A stretch of DNA of 64,000 nt from an uncultured Chromatiaceae bacterium (GTDB lineage Bacteria; Pseudomonadota; Gammaproteobacteria; Tenderiales; Tenderiaceae): contig CALZIO010000005.1 of assembly GCA_945787785.1 (NCBI GenBank), positions 26,921-90,920 of the forward strand, written 5' to 3'. A model generated the notes under the pieces. That model saw nothing but the letters and a program-made list of their open reading frames with translations, searched no databases and had not been told where the DNA came from. Of the stretch, positions 43,944 to 53,911 are shown one piece after another. Every line of letters begins with the position of its first letter. The first letter of the stretch is position 1. The position numbers were made by a program, and so were the translations under genes.

Positions 43944-44824
43944 AGTGCCTGGGTCAGCGTCGGGATGATCTCAGCATCGGTGAAAAGCGTGTGGTGATGT
44001 ACACCACTACGACGAAACAGATGTTCCAGTTGCTGCTGTTTATTTGCCATGCTGGCCGCATATTGCTGCCGCAGTTGGTCATTGTCGGTGTCGATAATCA
44101 ATTCGCTGCCATCAAAGGGTGAGCGGATTCTGAGTTTACCCACCGCCTCCAAACGTTGTTCACCCTGGTCAATAATTTGCAGGGCGTGAAGCGTGTGCTG
44201 CTCGGCAAGCTGAGCTAGTGGTGACAGCAATTGTTCTGTCCAATGTTGAAAATCACTGATCAGATAAATGGTGTCGTGACGCTGCGCCAGATGTTGCAGT
44301 TGGGTTAAATTGTCGGCCGGTTGAATTGCGGCGAAGTCATGGCCGGGGTTCAGATTGGCGGCGCCGATCAGGCTTAACACTTGATCGAGGTGTGTGCCTG
44401 GCTGGAAGAACTCAGTTTGACGGTTAACCACCATGCCACCGATTTCGGCACCCTGGCGAAGCGCAGCGAAGCAGATCAAGGCTGTGGCACGGCTGGCCAC
44501 GGCGGCCTTCAGTTCACCACGGGTGGCGAAAACCATGCCTGGATGTTGTTCAATCAATAACAATATACGTTGGCGCCGCTCGGCGCGGAACACCTTGCTG
44601 ATTGGCTGGCCGCTACGCGCCGTTGCGCGCCAGGCGATGTGGCGCACATCATCACCCATTTGATAATGACGCAGGTCTTCCAGCTCCAGTCCGGCGCCGC
44701 GTTGCAGCGAGAGTTGCGCACCGCTTAGCTGACTGGTGCCATGGGCGCGATAGCCGGGCAGGTGTTGCGCCTGAAAGCGCAGCAATTCCAATTCATGGGT
44801 ATTCAGTAGGGCCTCGCTGTTCAT
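43940..44824 (-). CDS. DUF58-family protein (MoxR-associated, VWA-like)
   Basis: Conserved LRHYQMGDDVRHIAWRATAR motif, typical of DUF58. Directly downstream of moxR. Confidence 0.8.
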   Translation of the reverse strand: MNSEALLNTHELELLRFQAQHLPGYRAHGTSQLSGAQLSLQRGAGLELEDLRHYQMGDDVRHIAWRATARSGQPISKVFRAERRQRILLLIEQHPGMVFATRGELKAAVASRATALICFAALRQGAEIGGMVVNRQTEFFQPGTHLDQVLSLIGAANLNPGHDFAAIQPADNLTQLQHLAQRHDTIYLISDFQHWTEQLLSPLAQLAEQHTLHALQIIDQGEQRLEAVGKLRIRSPFDGSELIIDTDNDQLRQQYAASMANKQQQLEHLFRRSGVHHHTLFTDAEIIPTLTQAL

Positions 44825-44832
44825 CAGGCTCC

Positions 44833-45825
44833 TCAGGGTACGGGGACGGTGTCCACCAATTGCTGGATGATTTGACGTGAGTTGATGCCCTCGGCGCGGG
44901 CAGCAAAGCTCAAACCGATGCGATGATTGAGCACCTCATAGGTGAGGTCGATGATGTCGGCGGGTTCAACAAAGTCGCGTTGACGCAGATACGCCAGGGC
45001 GCGGGCGCAGCGTGCCAGTGCCAGGGTGGCGCGCGGTGAAGCGCCATAGGCGAGCCAGTCCTTGGCTTCTGCGATCCAGGCGCCGGGATTACGAGTCGCA
45101 TTCACCAGGGTGACGATGTAGCGTTGCAGCATCTCATCCATATAAATCTGGTTGACCTCATTACGAGCCGCAGCGATCTCGTCCGGAGTAAGCACTGCCA
45201 GGCCACTGGCGCGTTCACCAGTTTGCAGTTTGTTGGTTTCGCGTTTGAGAATCTCCAGCTCGTCATCCTGTTGCGGGTAACCAAGCTCCACTTTCATCAG
45301 AAAGCGATCCAGCTGTGCCTCTGGCAATGGGTAAGTGCCCTCCTGCTCGAGTGGATTCTGGGTGGCGATGACCTGGAACACCGCAGGCAGTTTGCGCGTG
45401 ATACCGGCGATGGTGACCTGACGCTCCTGCATCGCTTCCAGCAGGGCGGATTGCACCTTGGGCGGGGCGCGGTTGATTTCGTCCGCCAGGATAATCTCGT
45501 TGAAGATCGGCCCTTCGATGAATTTGAATTCGCCTTGCTGTGATAGGAAGATGTCGGTGCCGGTGATGTCGCCAGGGATTAGATCCGGGGTGAACTGGAT
45601 GCGGCGAAAACTGAGCGCCATGCCGTCTGCCAGGGTATGCACTGCCGTGGTCTTGGCCAGGCCGGGCAGCCCTTCCAGCAGCAGGTGGCCGTCAGCGAGC
45701 AGGCCAATCAGCAACCGTTCGACCAACTGATTCTGGCCGACGATGGTGTGCTGAATATGACGTCTTAATGTCGCTAGTTTGTTGTTAAGGCCTTCGCCTG
45801 CCTGGATGGCGGTCTGTTCACTCAT
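44833..45825 (-). CDS. moxR: MoxR-family AAA+ ATPase
   Basis: Walker A GLPGLAKT, Walker B ILADEINRAPPKVQSALLEAMQE, C-terminal YGASPRA motif. Confidence 0.92.
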   Translation of the reverse strand: MSEQTAIQAGEGLNNKLATLRRHIQHTIVGQNQLVERLLIGLLADGHLLLEGLPGLAKTTAVHTLADGMALSFRRIQFTPDLIPGDITGTDIFLSQQGEFKFIEGPIFNEIILADEINRAPPKVQSALLEAMQERQVTIAGITRKLPAVFQVIATQNPLEQEGTYPLPEAQLDRFLMKVELGYPQQDDELEILKRETNKLQTGERASGLAVLTPDEIAAARNEVNQIYMDEMLQRYIVTLVNATRNPGAWIAEAKDWLAYGASPRATLALARCARALAYLRQRDFVEPADIIDLTYEVLNHRIGLSFAARAEGINSRQIIQQLVDTVPVP

Positions 45826-45944
45826 TCGCTTTTACTGGTCGCTCGGGCCGAGAACACGTTATCATCGGCAACTTTTATAAGCTAAGCCGATAATAATACC
45901 ACGGTCCATCGTCACGAGTGCGGCCGCGTTGCAGGTAGAAATAG

Positions 45945-46772
45945 ATGAGTAAACAGGGAAAATTAGAAACACAGAGTGCCATCGCGCTGGTGGTTGGCGT
46001 GGTGTTGGTGTTGGTGTTGGCCGGAGGCCTCGCCATGATCGGTTATCAACGCGTAGCCGATCGGCAGCAGCTGAGTCAGCCGCAGCAGGGTCTGGAAGTT
46101 ATCAGCAACAGCGTCGGTATGCAGCTGGTCAAATTGCCCGCTGGCCGTTTTGTCATGGGTGACGATCAGCCTGGCCGTGGTCCCACGCGTGAGGTTAAGG
46201 TTTCATCAATTTATATCTCTGCCCATGAAGTGACCCAGGCGCAGTGGCTGGCCGTGATGGGTTTTAACCCGAGTGAATATCAGGATCCGCGCCGCCCGGT
46301 GGAGAACATTACCTGGCTCGAAACACAGGCGTTCCTTGAGGAGCTCAACAGGCAAGAGGGGACAAACAAATACCGCCTGCCGACAGAAGCAGAATGGGAA
46401 TACGCCGCCCGGGCCGGCAGTGAAGCTCAATATTTCTTTGGTGACGATGTCAGTCAGCTGCGTCGTTATGCCTGGTTCGATGCCCCAAGTAAGATCGGTA
46501 CCGCAGCAGCAGGGCAGCGCCAGCCTAATCCGTGGGGGCTTTACGACATTTATGGCAATGTCTGGGAGTGGGTACAGGATTGCTGGCACGATGATTACAC
46601 CGGTGCGCCTGAAGACAGTCGCGCCTGGGGCGGTGGGGATTGTTCGCAACGGGTGTTGCGTGGCGGCGGCTGGGCCAACCGGGCCGACTATCTGGGTTCG
46701 ACCGTGCGGGGCGTCTACGAGGCCAAGTTCGAAGACACCAGTAATGGCTTTCGAGTGGTGCTAAGCCCTTGA
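45945..46772 (+). CDS. Formylglycine-generating-enzyme (SUMF1/FGE) family protein, membrane-anchored
   Basis: N-terminal TM. YRLPTEAEWEYAARAG, NPWGLYDIYGNVWEWVQDCW and RVLRGGGW motifs. Confidence 0.85.
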   Translation: MSKQGKLETQSAIALVVGVVLVLVLAGGLAMIGYQRVADRQQLSQPQQGLEVISNSVGMQLVKLPAGRFVMGDDQPGRGPTREVKVSSIYISAHEVTQAQWLAVMGFNPSEYQDPRRPVENITWLETQAFLEELNRQEGTNKYRLPTEAEWEYAARAGSEAQYFFGDDVSQLRRYAWFDAPSKIGTAAAGQRQPNPWGLYDIYGNVWEWVQDCWHDDYTGAPEDSRAWGGGDCSQRVLRGGGWANRADYLGSTVRGVYEAKFEDTSNGFRVVLSP

Positions 46773-46862
46773 TAATTAGTCTTATCGGCCAGGCCGGGAC
46801 AATCCTCCGGATTGATGTATAATCTTCCGTCTTTTTGAGTCGCAGCAGGGCCTCGGTTTTTA

Positions 46863-47483
46863 ATGCTCAATATCGCCAATCTTGAATGTGTGCGGGGAGA
46901 CAGGCAGTTAATTGCGGATCTGTCTTTCAGTATGGGTGAAGGCAGTTTGCTGCATGTGCATGGCGCCAATGGCAGCGGTAAGACAACGTTGTTGCGCGCA
47001 ATTGCCGGGCTGGTATTGCCCGAGGCGGGCGAGATCCAGTGGAATGGGAAATCAACCCGTAAACTGAGTGAGGACTTTAATCGAGAACTGCTCTATTTGG
47101 GGCATCATTACGGACTCAAATTCGAGCTGACCGGATATGAAAATTTGCGCGTATTTGCCAAGCTGGGCGGTTTTGATGTCAGTGAGCGTCAGGTTGAAGT
47201 GGCGCTAAAGACGATGGGGCTGGAGCGTTGCGTTGAACTTCCTGTGAAGGTGCTGTCTCAAGGACAAAAGAAACGCGTGGCATTGGCGCGCTTGATGTTA
47301 CAGCCATCTAAGTTATGGATTTTGGATGAGCCGTTCGTGGCCCTGGATGTGGCGGCAGTGAGTCAGTTGCTGGACATGATCAAACAACATGTGGCAGACA
47401 AAGGCATGGTGATTTTGACGACTCACCAAGAGGTCGATGTTGAAGTGGGTGAGCTCCAACATCTCCATCTCGGTAGCCATTAA
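46863..47483 (+). CDS. ccmA: Cytochrome c biogenesis (System I) haem exporter ATPase CcmA
   Basis: Walker A GANGSGKTT, signature LSQGQKKRVALA, Walker B ILDEPF. First gene of the ccm operon. Confidence 0.93.
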   Translation: MLNIANLECVRGDRQLIADLSFSMGEGSLLHVHGANGSGKTTLLRAIAGLVLPEAGEIQWNGKSTRKLSEDFNRELLYLGHHYGLKFELTGYENLRVFAKLGGFDVSERQVEVALKTMGLERCVELPVKVLSQGQKKRVALARLMLQPSKLWILDEPFVALDVAAVSQLLDMIKQHVADKGMVILTTHQEVDVEVGELQHLHLGSH

Positions 47484-47493
47484 GGTTGGCTTC

Positions 47494-48162
47494 ATGTTCG
47501 CAGCGTTAAAATGTGTTATCTCACGGGACCTGACGTTGGCTATGCGCCATCGTTCGGATGTGTTGACCACGGTGTTCTTTTTCATCATTGTTGTCAGCCT
47601 GTTTCCGTTGGGTGTTGGGCCCGAAGCAGAATTGCTGCGTTCCATGGCAGCCGGTGTGGTCTGGGTGGCGGCGCTATTGGCTTCCATGCTAGCGCTAACC
47701 AGGTTGTTTTCGGACGATTACAATGACGGTACGTTGGAGCAGCTGTTGTTGGTACCGCAGCCGTTGGCGTTGTTGGTATTTGGCAAGATATTGGCTCACT
47801 GGCTTATTTCTGGTGTGCCGCTGGTGTTGATGTCACCGTTGCTGGGTTTGCAGTTTGGCCTTGGCAGTGACGCATTGATTATGCTGGTGTTGACCTTGTT
47901 GTTGGGTACGCCAGTGTTGAGTTTGATTGGGGCCATTGGCGCAGCGCTGACATTGGGCTTGCGTGGCGGTGGCGTGTTGGTATCGCTGCTGGTGTTGCCC
48001 CTGTATATACCTGTGCTGATTTTCGGTGCCGGTGCGGTTGAGGCGAGTGCTTCGGGTATGGGAGCCCAAGGGCATTTATCGCTGATGGGGGCGATTTTGA
48101 TCCTGGCCCTGCTGTTGGCACCCTTGGCCTCAGCGGCTGCGCTGAGAATCTCGGTTGAATAA
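47494..48162 (+). CDS. ccmB: Haem exporter protein CcmB
   Basis: Collinear with E. coli CcmB (FFFIIVVSLFPLGVGPE..., GTLEQLLL, AAALRISVE). The ATG at 47494 is preferred over the overlapping upstream start. Confidence 0.93.
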   Translation: MFAALKCVISRDLTLAMRHRSDVLTTVFFFIIVVSLFPLGVGPEAELLRSMAAGVVWVAALLASMLALTRLFSDDYNDGTLEQLLLVPQPLALLVFGKILAHWLISGVPLVLMSPLLGLQFGLGSDALIMLVLTLLLGTPVLSLIGAIGAALTLGLRGGGVLVSLLVLPLYIPVLIFGAGAVEASASGMGAQGHLSLMGAILILALLLAPLASAAALRISVE

Positions 48163-48184
48163 GTGATCGAAACAATTAACGAAG

Positions 48185-48937
48185 ATGTCAATAAACTGGT
48201 TTAAGTATTCAGCACCATCAAGCTTTTACCCCCTGGCGGGTAAAGTGGCGCCCTGGTTTGCCTTTACGGCAGCAATCTTGTTTGTGGTCGGGCTCTATTT
48301 GAGTTTCTTTGTCGCGCCGACGGATTACAAGCAGGGCGAGGGCTATCGCATCATGTTTATTCACGTGCCGGCGGCATGGATGTCTATGTTTATCTATATC
48401 ATCATGGCCTGCTGGGCGGCAGCCGGCATGATCTGGCGTACGCGCCTGTCGTCCATGATGGCTTCGGCACTGGCGCCGACCGGTGCCATTTTCACCTTTA
48501 TCGCCCTGTGGACCGGTGCCCTGTGGGGCAAGCCGATGTGGGGTACCTGGTGGGTCTGGGATGCACGCCTGACCTCTGAGCTGATTTTGTTGTTCCTTTA
48601 TATTGGCTTTATGGCGCTGGAATCAGCCATTGATGATCCGCGCCGGGCTGCCCGCGCCAGTGGTTTACTGGCACTTGTCGGTGTGATAAACGTGCCGATC
48701 ATCTACTATTCAGTGCAATGGTGGAATACCTTGCACCAGGGCGCTTCAATCAAGATGAGCGAATCTGGTGGCATGGAGACAAGCATGACGGAAATCATGC
48801 TCTGGACCCTGTTGATAATGACCTTCGCTTGCTGGTTTTATACTATCGCGATAGCCCTGACTCGGGTGCGCAGTATTATCCTTGAGCGCGAGAGTAACAA
48901 TGTCTGGGTCAAAGAAATGCTGCAGGGAGAGCGATAA
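48185..48937 (+). CDS. ccmC: Haem exporter protein CcmC
   Basis: IMFIHVPAAWMS and WGKPMWGTWWVWDARLTSE (WWD motif). Confidence 0.95.
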   Translation: MSINWFKYSAPSSFYPLAGKVAPWFAFTAAILFVVGLYLSFFVAPTDYKQGEGYRIMFIHVPAAWMSMFIYIIMACWAAAGMIWRTRLSSMMASALAPTGAIFTFIALWTGALWGKPMWGTWWVWDARLTSELILLFLYIGFMALESAIDDPRRAARASGLLALVGVINVPIIYYSVQWWNTLHQGASIKMSESGGMETSMTEIMLWTLLIMTFACWFYTIAIALTRVRSIILERESNNVWVKEMLQGER

Positions 48938-48938
48938 G

Positions 48939-49103
48939 ATGGCTGAGTTTTTTGCCATGGGTGGTCATGGGTTCTATGTGTGGGGTTCCTTTGGTGTGGC
49001 AGCCGTTTTCATGATTATTGAAGCGGTTTTAGTCGTACGACAGAAGCGAACTTTAGTGCAGCGTCTGGGTCGTATGGTTCGTATGAATTCTGAGGTGGAG
49101 TAG
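48939..49103 (+). CDS. ccmD: Haem exporter protein CcmD
   Basis: Small single-TM protein (GFYVWGSFGVAAVFMIIEAVLV) between ccmC and ccmE. ATG 1 nt after the ccmC stop. Confidence 0.85.
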   Translation: MAEFFAMGGHGFYVWGSFGVAAVFMIIEAVLVVRQKRTLVQRLGRMVRMNSEVE

Positions 49104-49577
49104 ATGAAGGCGAGACATAAGCGCATGATGTTCATCGTGCTGGGGTTGGCAGGTGTAGCGGTAGCGGCGACATTAGTTTTGACTGCTCTACAGAGCAATA
49201 TAAACCACTTTTTTAGTCCGACTGAGGTCGTTGCCAATCAGGCGCCTAAGGACAGAACTTTTCGTCTTGGTGGATTGGTGGAAGTTGGCAGTGTCAAGCG
49301 TGAAGACGATGGCCTGACAGTTCACTTTAATGTCACCGACAACGCTGAAGTGGTGGCAATCAAATTCACCGGCATTCTGCCGGATCTGTTCCAGGAAGGG
49401 CAGGGTGTGGTGGCCCAAGGTAAACTTGGCACGGGAGGCGTATTTCAGGCCGACGAAGTGTTGGCCAAGCATGATGAAACCTACATGCCGCCCGAAGTGG
49501 CTGATGCCCTCGAAAAAGCAGATCAGCAAAAGGCTGCTGAGGCTCAGCAGACAAGCACTCCTCAAGAGGGTATTTAA
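49104..49577 (+). CDS. ccmE: Haem chaperone CcmE
   Basis: N-terminal TM anchor. FRLGGLV... and the haem-binding His context VLAKHDETYMPPEV. Confidence 0.95.
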   Translation: MKARHKRMMFIVLGLAGVAVAATLVLTALQSNINHFFSPTEVVANQAPKDRTFRLGGLVEVGSVKREDDGLTVHFNVTDNAEVVAIKFTGILPDLFQEGQGVVAQGKLGTGGVFQADEVLAKHDETYMPPEVADALEKADQQKAAEAQQTSTPQEGI

Positions 49578-51602
49578 ATGATTCCTGAGATCGGTCACTT
49601 CGCCCTGATTATTGCCCTCTGCCTTGCCATCGTGCAGGGTATTTTCCCAATCTTGGGAGCACAGCTGAATATTCGTCCCTGGATGACAATGGCCAGGCCG
49701 GTGGCTCAGGGTCAGTTTGTATTTCTAGCCATCGCCTTTGGTTGTCTGGTCTACGCCTTTGTTAATGATGATTTCTCGGTGCTGTACACTGCCTCCCATT
49801 CCAACTCATTGTTACCAACACAATATAAAGTGGCCGGTGTCTGGGGCGGGCACGAAGGTTCATTGCTGTTGTGGGCGCTGATGCTGGGCCTGTGGACATT
49901 CCTGGTAACCCTGTTCAGTAAAAACCTGCCCGATGAGATGGTGGCCCGCGTGATTGGCGTGTTGGGTTTGATCGGTGTTGGTTTTCTGTTATTCATGCTG
50001 CTCACCTCTAATCCATTTGAGCGTCTGTTGCCGGCCGCACCTGATGGCCGTGACCTGAATCCGCTGTTGCAGGACTTTGGACTGATTATTCATCCGCCCA
50101 TGTTATACATGGGTTATGTTGGCTTTTCTGTTGCTTTCGCCTTCGCAATCTCTGCATTGCTGGGTGGCCGACTTGATGCGGCCTGGGCGCGCTGGTCACG
50201 CCCCTGGACGATTGTCGCCTGGTGTTTCCTCACCGGTGGTATCGCCCTTGGTTCCTGGTGGGCATATTACGAACTCGGCTGGGGTGGTTGGTGGTTCTGG
50301 GATCCGGTCGAGAACGCTTCGGTGATGCCGTGGTTTGTGGGCACGGCGCTGATTCATTCCCTGGTGGTGACAGAGAAGCGTGGTGGTTTCAAGAGCTGGA
50401 CCGTATTGCTGGCAATTATCGCCTTCTCGCTGAGTCTGCTGGGTACCTTTCTGGTACGTTCCGGTGTTATCACATCGGTACATGCTTTTGCCACCGATCC
50501 TGAGCGCGGCACTTTTATCCTGGCCTTCCTGTTTATCGTGGTGGTTAGCTCGCTGCTGTTGTTTGCATGGCGTGCCCCCAAGGTGGGTCTGGGCGGCAAG
50601 TTCGAGCTGGTTTCAAAAGAGACCATGTTGTTGGTCAATAATGTCATCCTAACGGTGATCGCTTCCGCCGTGTTGCTGGGTACGATTTATCCCATCATCA
50701 TCGAAACCTTGTCTTCAATAGGTATTATCGCGGCTACCAACAAGGTGTCAGTGGGTGCGCCTTATTTCAATGCCACCTTTGTGCCCTTGCTGGTGCCGCT
50801 GGTATTTCTGGTCGGCATGGGGCCGATGGCGCGCTGGAAAAAGGCCGACATGCCTGACATGGTCAGGCAACTGCGCTGGGCCTTTGTTGCTAGCGCTATC
50901 GTGGCGGTGGCGGTGCCCTTCCTGATGGGCGGCTGGTCGTGGCTGGCTGCGTTGGGTATGGTGATGGCGGCTTGGATTGTGACCACTGCCTTCCACGGTC
51001 TAAAACACCGCTTTAATGCTACTCATCCCGAGTTGCCCTGGGGACATCGTCTCAAGGCTATTCCGATGAGTTTTTATGGCATGCACTTGGCCCACATTGG
51101 CGTCGCTGTGGCTATCATTGGTGGCACCCTGGTGAGCAATTACCAGTCTGACAAAGATGTGCGTATGGATATCGGCGATACGGTTGATGTGGGTGGTTAT
51201 ACCTTCCGTTTTGATGGCGTGATCGCGACTAAAGGGCCGAACTACACCGCCAACCAGGGCATGATCCGGGTGCTGCAAGATGGTCATGAGCTGATGACCC
51301 TGCGGCCTGAGAAGCGCATCTATACCGTGCAGACTATGCCCATGACCGAGGCGGCCATCGACACCAATGTTTGGCGTGACCTTTATGTTTCGCTGGGTGA
51401 GCCGGTCAGCGGCGGTGCCTGGAGTGTGCGTGTCTACCACAAACCGTTTGTGGTCTGGCTCTGGGCTGGCGCATTTCTTATGTTGCTGGGTGGCGTACTG
51501 GCCATTACCGACAAACGTTATCGGGTAATGGCGCGTAGAGAAAGCAAGGCCAAGGCTGAAACAGCAATGGCAAGTCCTAAAATCGCGGCGGAGAAAGCTT
51601 GA
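49578..51602 (+). CDS. ccmF: Cytochrome c-type biogenesis protein CcmF (haem lyase)
   Basis: 674 aa polytopic protein. WWD motif WGGWWFWDPVENAS. Confidence 0.95.
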   Translation: MIPEIGHFALIIALCLAIVQGIFPILGAQLNIRPWMTMARPVAQGQFVFLAIAFGCLVYAFVNDDFSVLYTASHSNSLLPTQYKVAGVWGGHEGSLLLWALMLGLWTFLVTLFSKNLPDEMVARVIGVLGLIGVGFLLFMLLTSNPFERLLPAAPDGRDLNPLLQDFGLIIHPPMLYMGYVGFSVAFAFAISALLGGRLDAAWARWSRPWTIVAWCFLTGGIALGSWWAYYELGWGGWWFWDPVENASVMPWFVGTALIHSLVVTEKRGGFKSWTVLLAIIAFSLSLLGTFLVRSGVITSVHAFATDPERGTFILAFLFIVVVSSLLLFAWRAPKVGLGGKFELVSKETMLLVNNVILTVIASAVLLGTIYPIIIETLSSIGIIAATNKVSVGAPYFNATFVPLLVPLVFLVGMGPMARWKKADMPDMVRQLRWAFVASAIVAVAVPFLMGGWSWLAALGMVMAAWIVTTAFHGLKHRFNATHPELPWGHRLKAIPMSFYGMHLAHIGVAVAIIGGTLVSNYQSDKDVRMDIGDTVDVGGYTFRFDGVIATKGPNYTANQGMIRVLQDGHELMTLRPEKRIYTVQTMPMTEAAIDTNVWRDLYVSLGEPVSGGAWSVRVYHKPFVVWLWAGAFLMLLGGVLAITDKRYRVMARRESKAKAETAMASPKIAAEKA

Positions 51603-52126
51603 TGGTTCGTTATTTGGCGCCCTTGGTGATTTTTGTGGTGATGGCGGGTTTTCTTTATTACGGTCTCAGCCTTAATCCGCAGGATGTGCCGTCACCACTG
51701 GTGGGTAAACCGGCGCCGCAGTTTGAGTTGAGCCAGTTGCATCAGACTGAACAGATGATCAGTCGTGACAGCAATCTAGGCAAGGTCTGGTTGTTGAATG
51801 TCTGGGCCTCGTGGTGCGTTTCCTGTCGTCAGGAGCATCCTGTGTTGATGCAGTTGGCGCGTAGTGGTGAGGTGCCTATCTACGGCCTGAATTACAAAGA
51901 TGAACGTGACGCTGCTATTAACTGGTTACAGGACTTTGGTAACCCTTATGTGATGAGCGCCCATGATTACAATGGCCGTGTCGGTGTCGATTATGGTGTT
52001 TACGGTGTGCCGGAGACTTATGTCATTGATAAGCAAGGTGTGATTCGCCATAAGCATACCGGGCCGGTGTCGCCACAGGCCCTGAAAGAGACCATTCTAC
52101 CCCTGGTAAGAGAGTTAAAAGGCTAA
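51602..52126 (+). CDS. ccmG: Thiol:disulfide interchange protein CcmG/DsbE
   Basis: TM anchor. WASWCVSCRQEHP thioredoxin motif. GVYGVPETYVID. The ATG overlaps the ccmF stop (TGATG). Confidence 0.93.
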   Translation: MVRYLAPLVIFVVMAGFLYYGLSLNPQDVPSPLVGKPAPQFELSQLHQTEQMISRDSNLGKVWLLNVWASWCVSCRQEHPVLMQLARSGEVPIYGLNYKDERDAAINWLQDFGNPYVMSAHDYNGRVGVDYGVYGVPETYVIDKQGVIRHKHTGPVSPQALKETILPLVRELKG

Positions 52127-52608
52127 TGAAAAAGATTTTAGTATTGGCACTGTTGTGCCTGTCGTTGCCGCTGGCATATCAGGCGCAGGCCAAAGAGGCC
52201 GAATATATCGGCGGCGAACCCGAGATCCACGCGCGTGTGATGGGTGTTTCGGAAGAGTTGCGCTGTTTGGTTTGTCAGGGGCAGTCGCTGGCCGATTCCA
52301 ATTCCGATTTCGCTGTGGATATGCGCGGCCAGATCCAGGAGATGATGGAGACGGGTATGAACGACCGTGAAGTAGTGGACTTCATGGTTCAGCGCTACGG
52401 TGATTATGTCCGTTACCGTCCACCGTTCAATGCAACCACATTTCTGTTATGGTTTGGCCCTTTTATTCTGCTGGGTGTTGGTATTGCAGTGTTATACACC
52501 AATGTCTTGCGTCGCCGTAAACAGATAGAGGAAGTCCCTCTCACGGAAGAAGAGCACCGCCGTGCTGCGGAGCTGTTAGAAGAAGGATCGGGAGAGAATA
52601 AGGCATGA
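52126..52608 (+). CDS. ccmH: Cytochrome c-type biogenesis protein CcmH
   Basis: LRCLVCQGQSLADSNS motif (LRCxxCQ). C-terminal TM. Confidence 0.93.
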   Translation: MKKILVLALLCLSLPLAYQAQAKEAEYIGGEPEIHARVMGVSEELRCLVCQGQSLADSNSDFAVDMRGQIQEMMETGMNDREVVDFMVQRYGDYVRYRPPFNATTFLLWFGPFILLGVGIAVLYTNVLRRRKQIEEVPLTEEEHRRAAELLEEGSGENKA

Positions 52609-53900
52609 CGGTATTTTGGCTTGTTGCTGCGTGCTTATTGGGCGCGGCGTTGTTATTTGTTGTACCTCCCCTGTTTCTACGTAAAGAGAGTGCCACCGAA
52701 GTAGAACGCAAGGCGGCCAATATTTCGATCTATAAAAACCAGTTGCAAGAGTTGGAAATAGATCTGGAAGCTGGCGATGTTAGTCAGGAGCAGTACGATA
52801 AAAGTCGTTCGGAAATTGAGCGTCGTTTATTGGAAGATGCTGCAGTCGCCAATCAAGGCGCTGCTAAATCCAGCAAAGGTTTGAGTATTGCAACTGCGGT
52901 GATCGCTGTTGTGCTGGTGCCCGTGGTGGCACTAACTATGTATTCTAGTTTAGGTAATCCGGATGCCATGAACCCACAGATGGTGGCTCAGCCAGCAGCT
53001 TCTCCTCATGGTGATGAGACCAACATGGAGAACCAGATCGAAATGATGGTGAGTCGTCTGGCGCAACGTTTACAGGAAAATCCGCAGGATATTGAAGGCT
53101 GGGTGATGCTAGGCCGTTCCATGTCGGCACTGGGGCGTTACAACGAAGCGGTTATGGCCTATGAAAATGCTATCCAGTTCGCTGGAGAAGATGCCAATGT
53201 GCTGGCTGATTACGCCGATGCAATTGCCATGGCCGGTGGTGAGAGTCTGGAAGGCAGGCCGATGGAGTTGCTGCAAAAGGCATTATCGATTGATCCAAAT
53301 AACCAGAAGGCCTTGTGGCTGGCGGGTACCGGGCTGTTCGAACGTGGCGACTTTTCGGGTGCGATTGATTACTGGGCGCGATTGTTAAGGCAGTTACCTG
53401 CTGACTCGAAGGACGCAGATGTGATGCGCGCCAATATTGCCGAGGCTGAGTCCTATCGTCAGCGCCAGCTGGCGGGTGAATTTGGCACAGTGCCTTCACA
53501 GCAGGACTTCCCTGAAGCTCAAGTGGCAAGTGATAACCAAACTGCAATGGCAGCGCCTGCCAGAGTTGCTGGCCGGGTTAGCATGGCGGCAGACTTGATG
53601 GACAAAGTGGAAGCGGGCGATACCCTGTTTGTTTTTGCCCGGGCCGTAAACGGTCCCCCCATGCCGTTGGCGATTGTGCGTGCTCAAGCGAGTGAATTGC
53701 CGCTAGAGTTCAATCTGGATGAGAGCATGGCAATGATGCCAAATATGAGCTTGGCTAAATTTAGTCAGGTTGTGGTGGGTGCGCGCATTTCAAAAACTGG
53801 TAATGCCATGCCGCAGAGTGGAGATTTGCAAGGTATTGTAGATGCGGTTGCCGTTGGTTCGGAAGGGCTGGAGATTGTGATCGACACAATCGTTCCCTAA
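52605..53900 (+). CDS. ccmI: Cytochrome c-type biogenesis protein CcmI/CycH (TPR apocytochrome chaperone)
   Basis: Two N-terminal TMs, TPR repeats (GWVMLGRSMSALGRYNEAVMAYENAIQF...). Operon position after ccmH with an ATGA overlap. Confidence 0.85.
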   Translation: MTVFWLVAACLLGAALLFVVPPLFLRKESATEVERKAANISIYKNQLQELEIDLEAGDVSQEQYDKSRSEIERRLLEDAAVANQGAAKSSKGLSIATAVIAVVLVPVVALTMYSSLGNPDAMNPQMVAQPAASPHGDETNMENQIEMMVSRLAQRLQENPQDIEGWVMLGRSMSALGRYNEAVMAYENAIQFAGEDANVLADYADAIAMAGGESLEGRPMELLQKALSIDPNNQKALWLAGTGLFERGDFSGAIDYWARLLRQLPADSKDADVMRANIAEAESYRQRQLAGEFGTVPSQQDFPEAQVASDNQTAMAAPARVAGRVSMAADLMDKVEAGDTLFVFARAVNGPPMPLAIVRAQASELPLEFNLDESMAMMPNMSLAKFSQVVVGARISKTGNAMPQSGDLQGIVDAVAVGSEGLEIVIDTIVP

Positions 53901-53911
53901 TCTGGTGCGGT

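Noticed and set aside
47796-48191. Minus-strand ORFs antisense to ccmB (131, 98 and 80 aa), and similar antisense ORFs within ccmF, batB, the FG-GAP gene and the 11-haem gene
   Set aside because: All are embedded in genes with strong family motifs on the other strand. They have no start context or motifs of their own.
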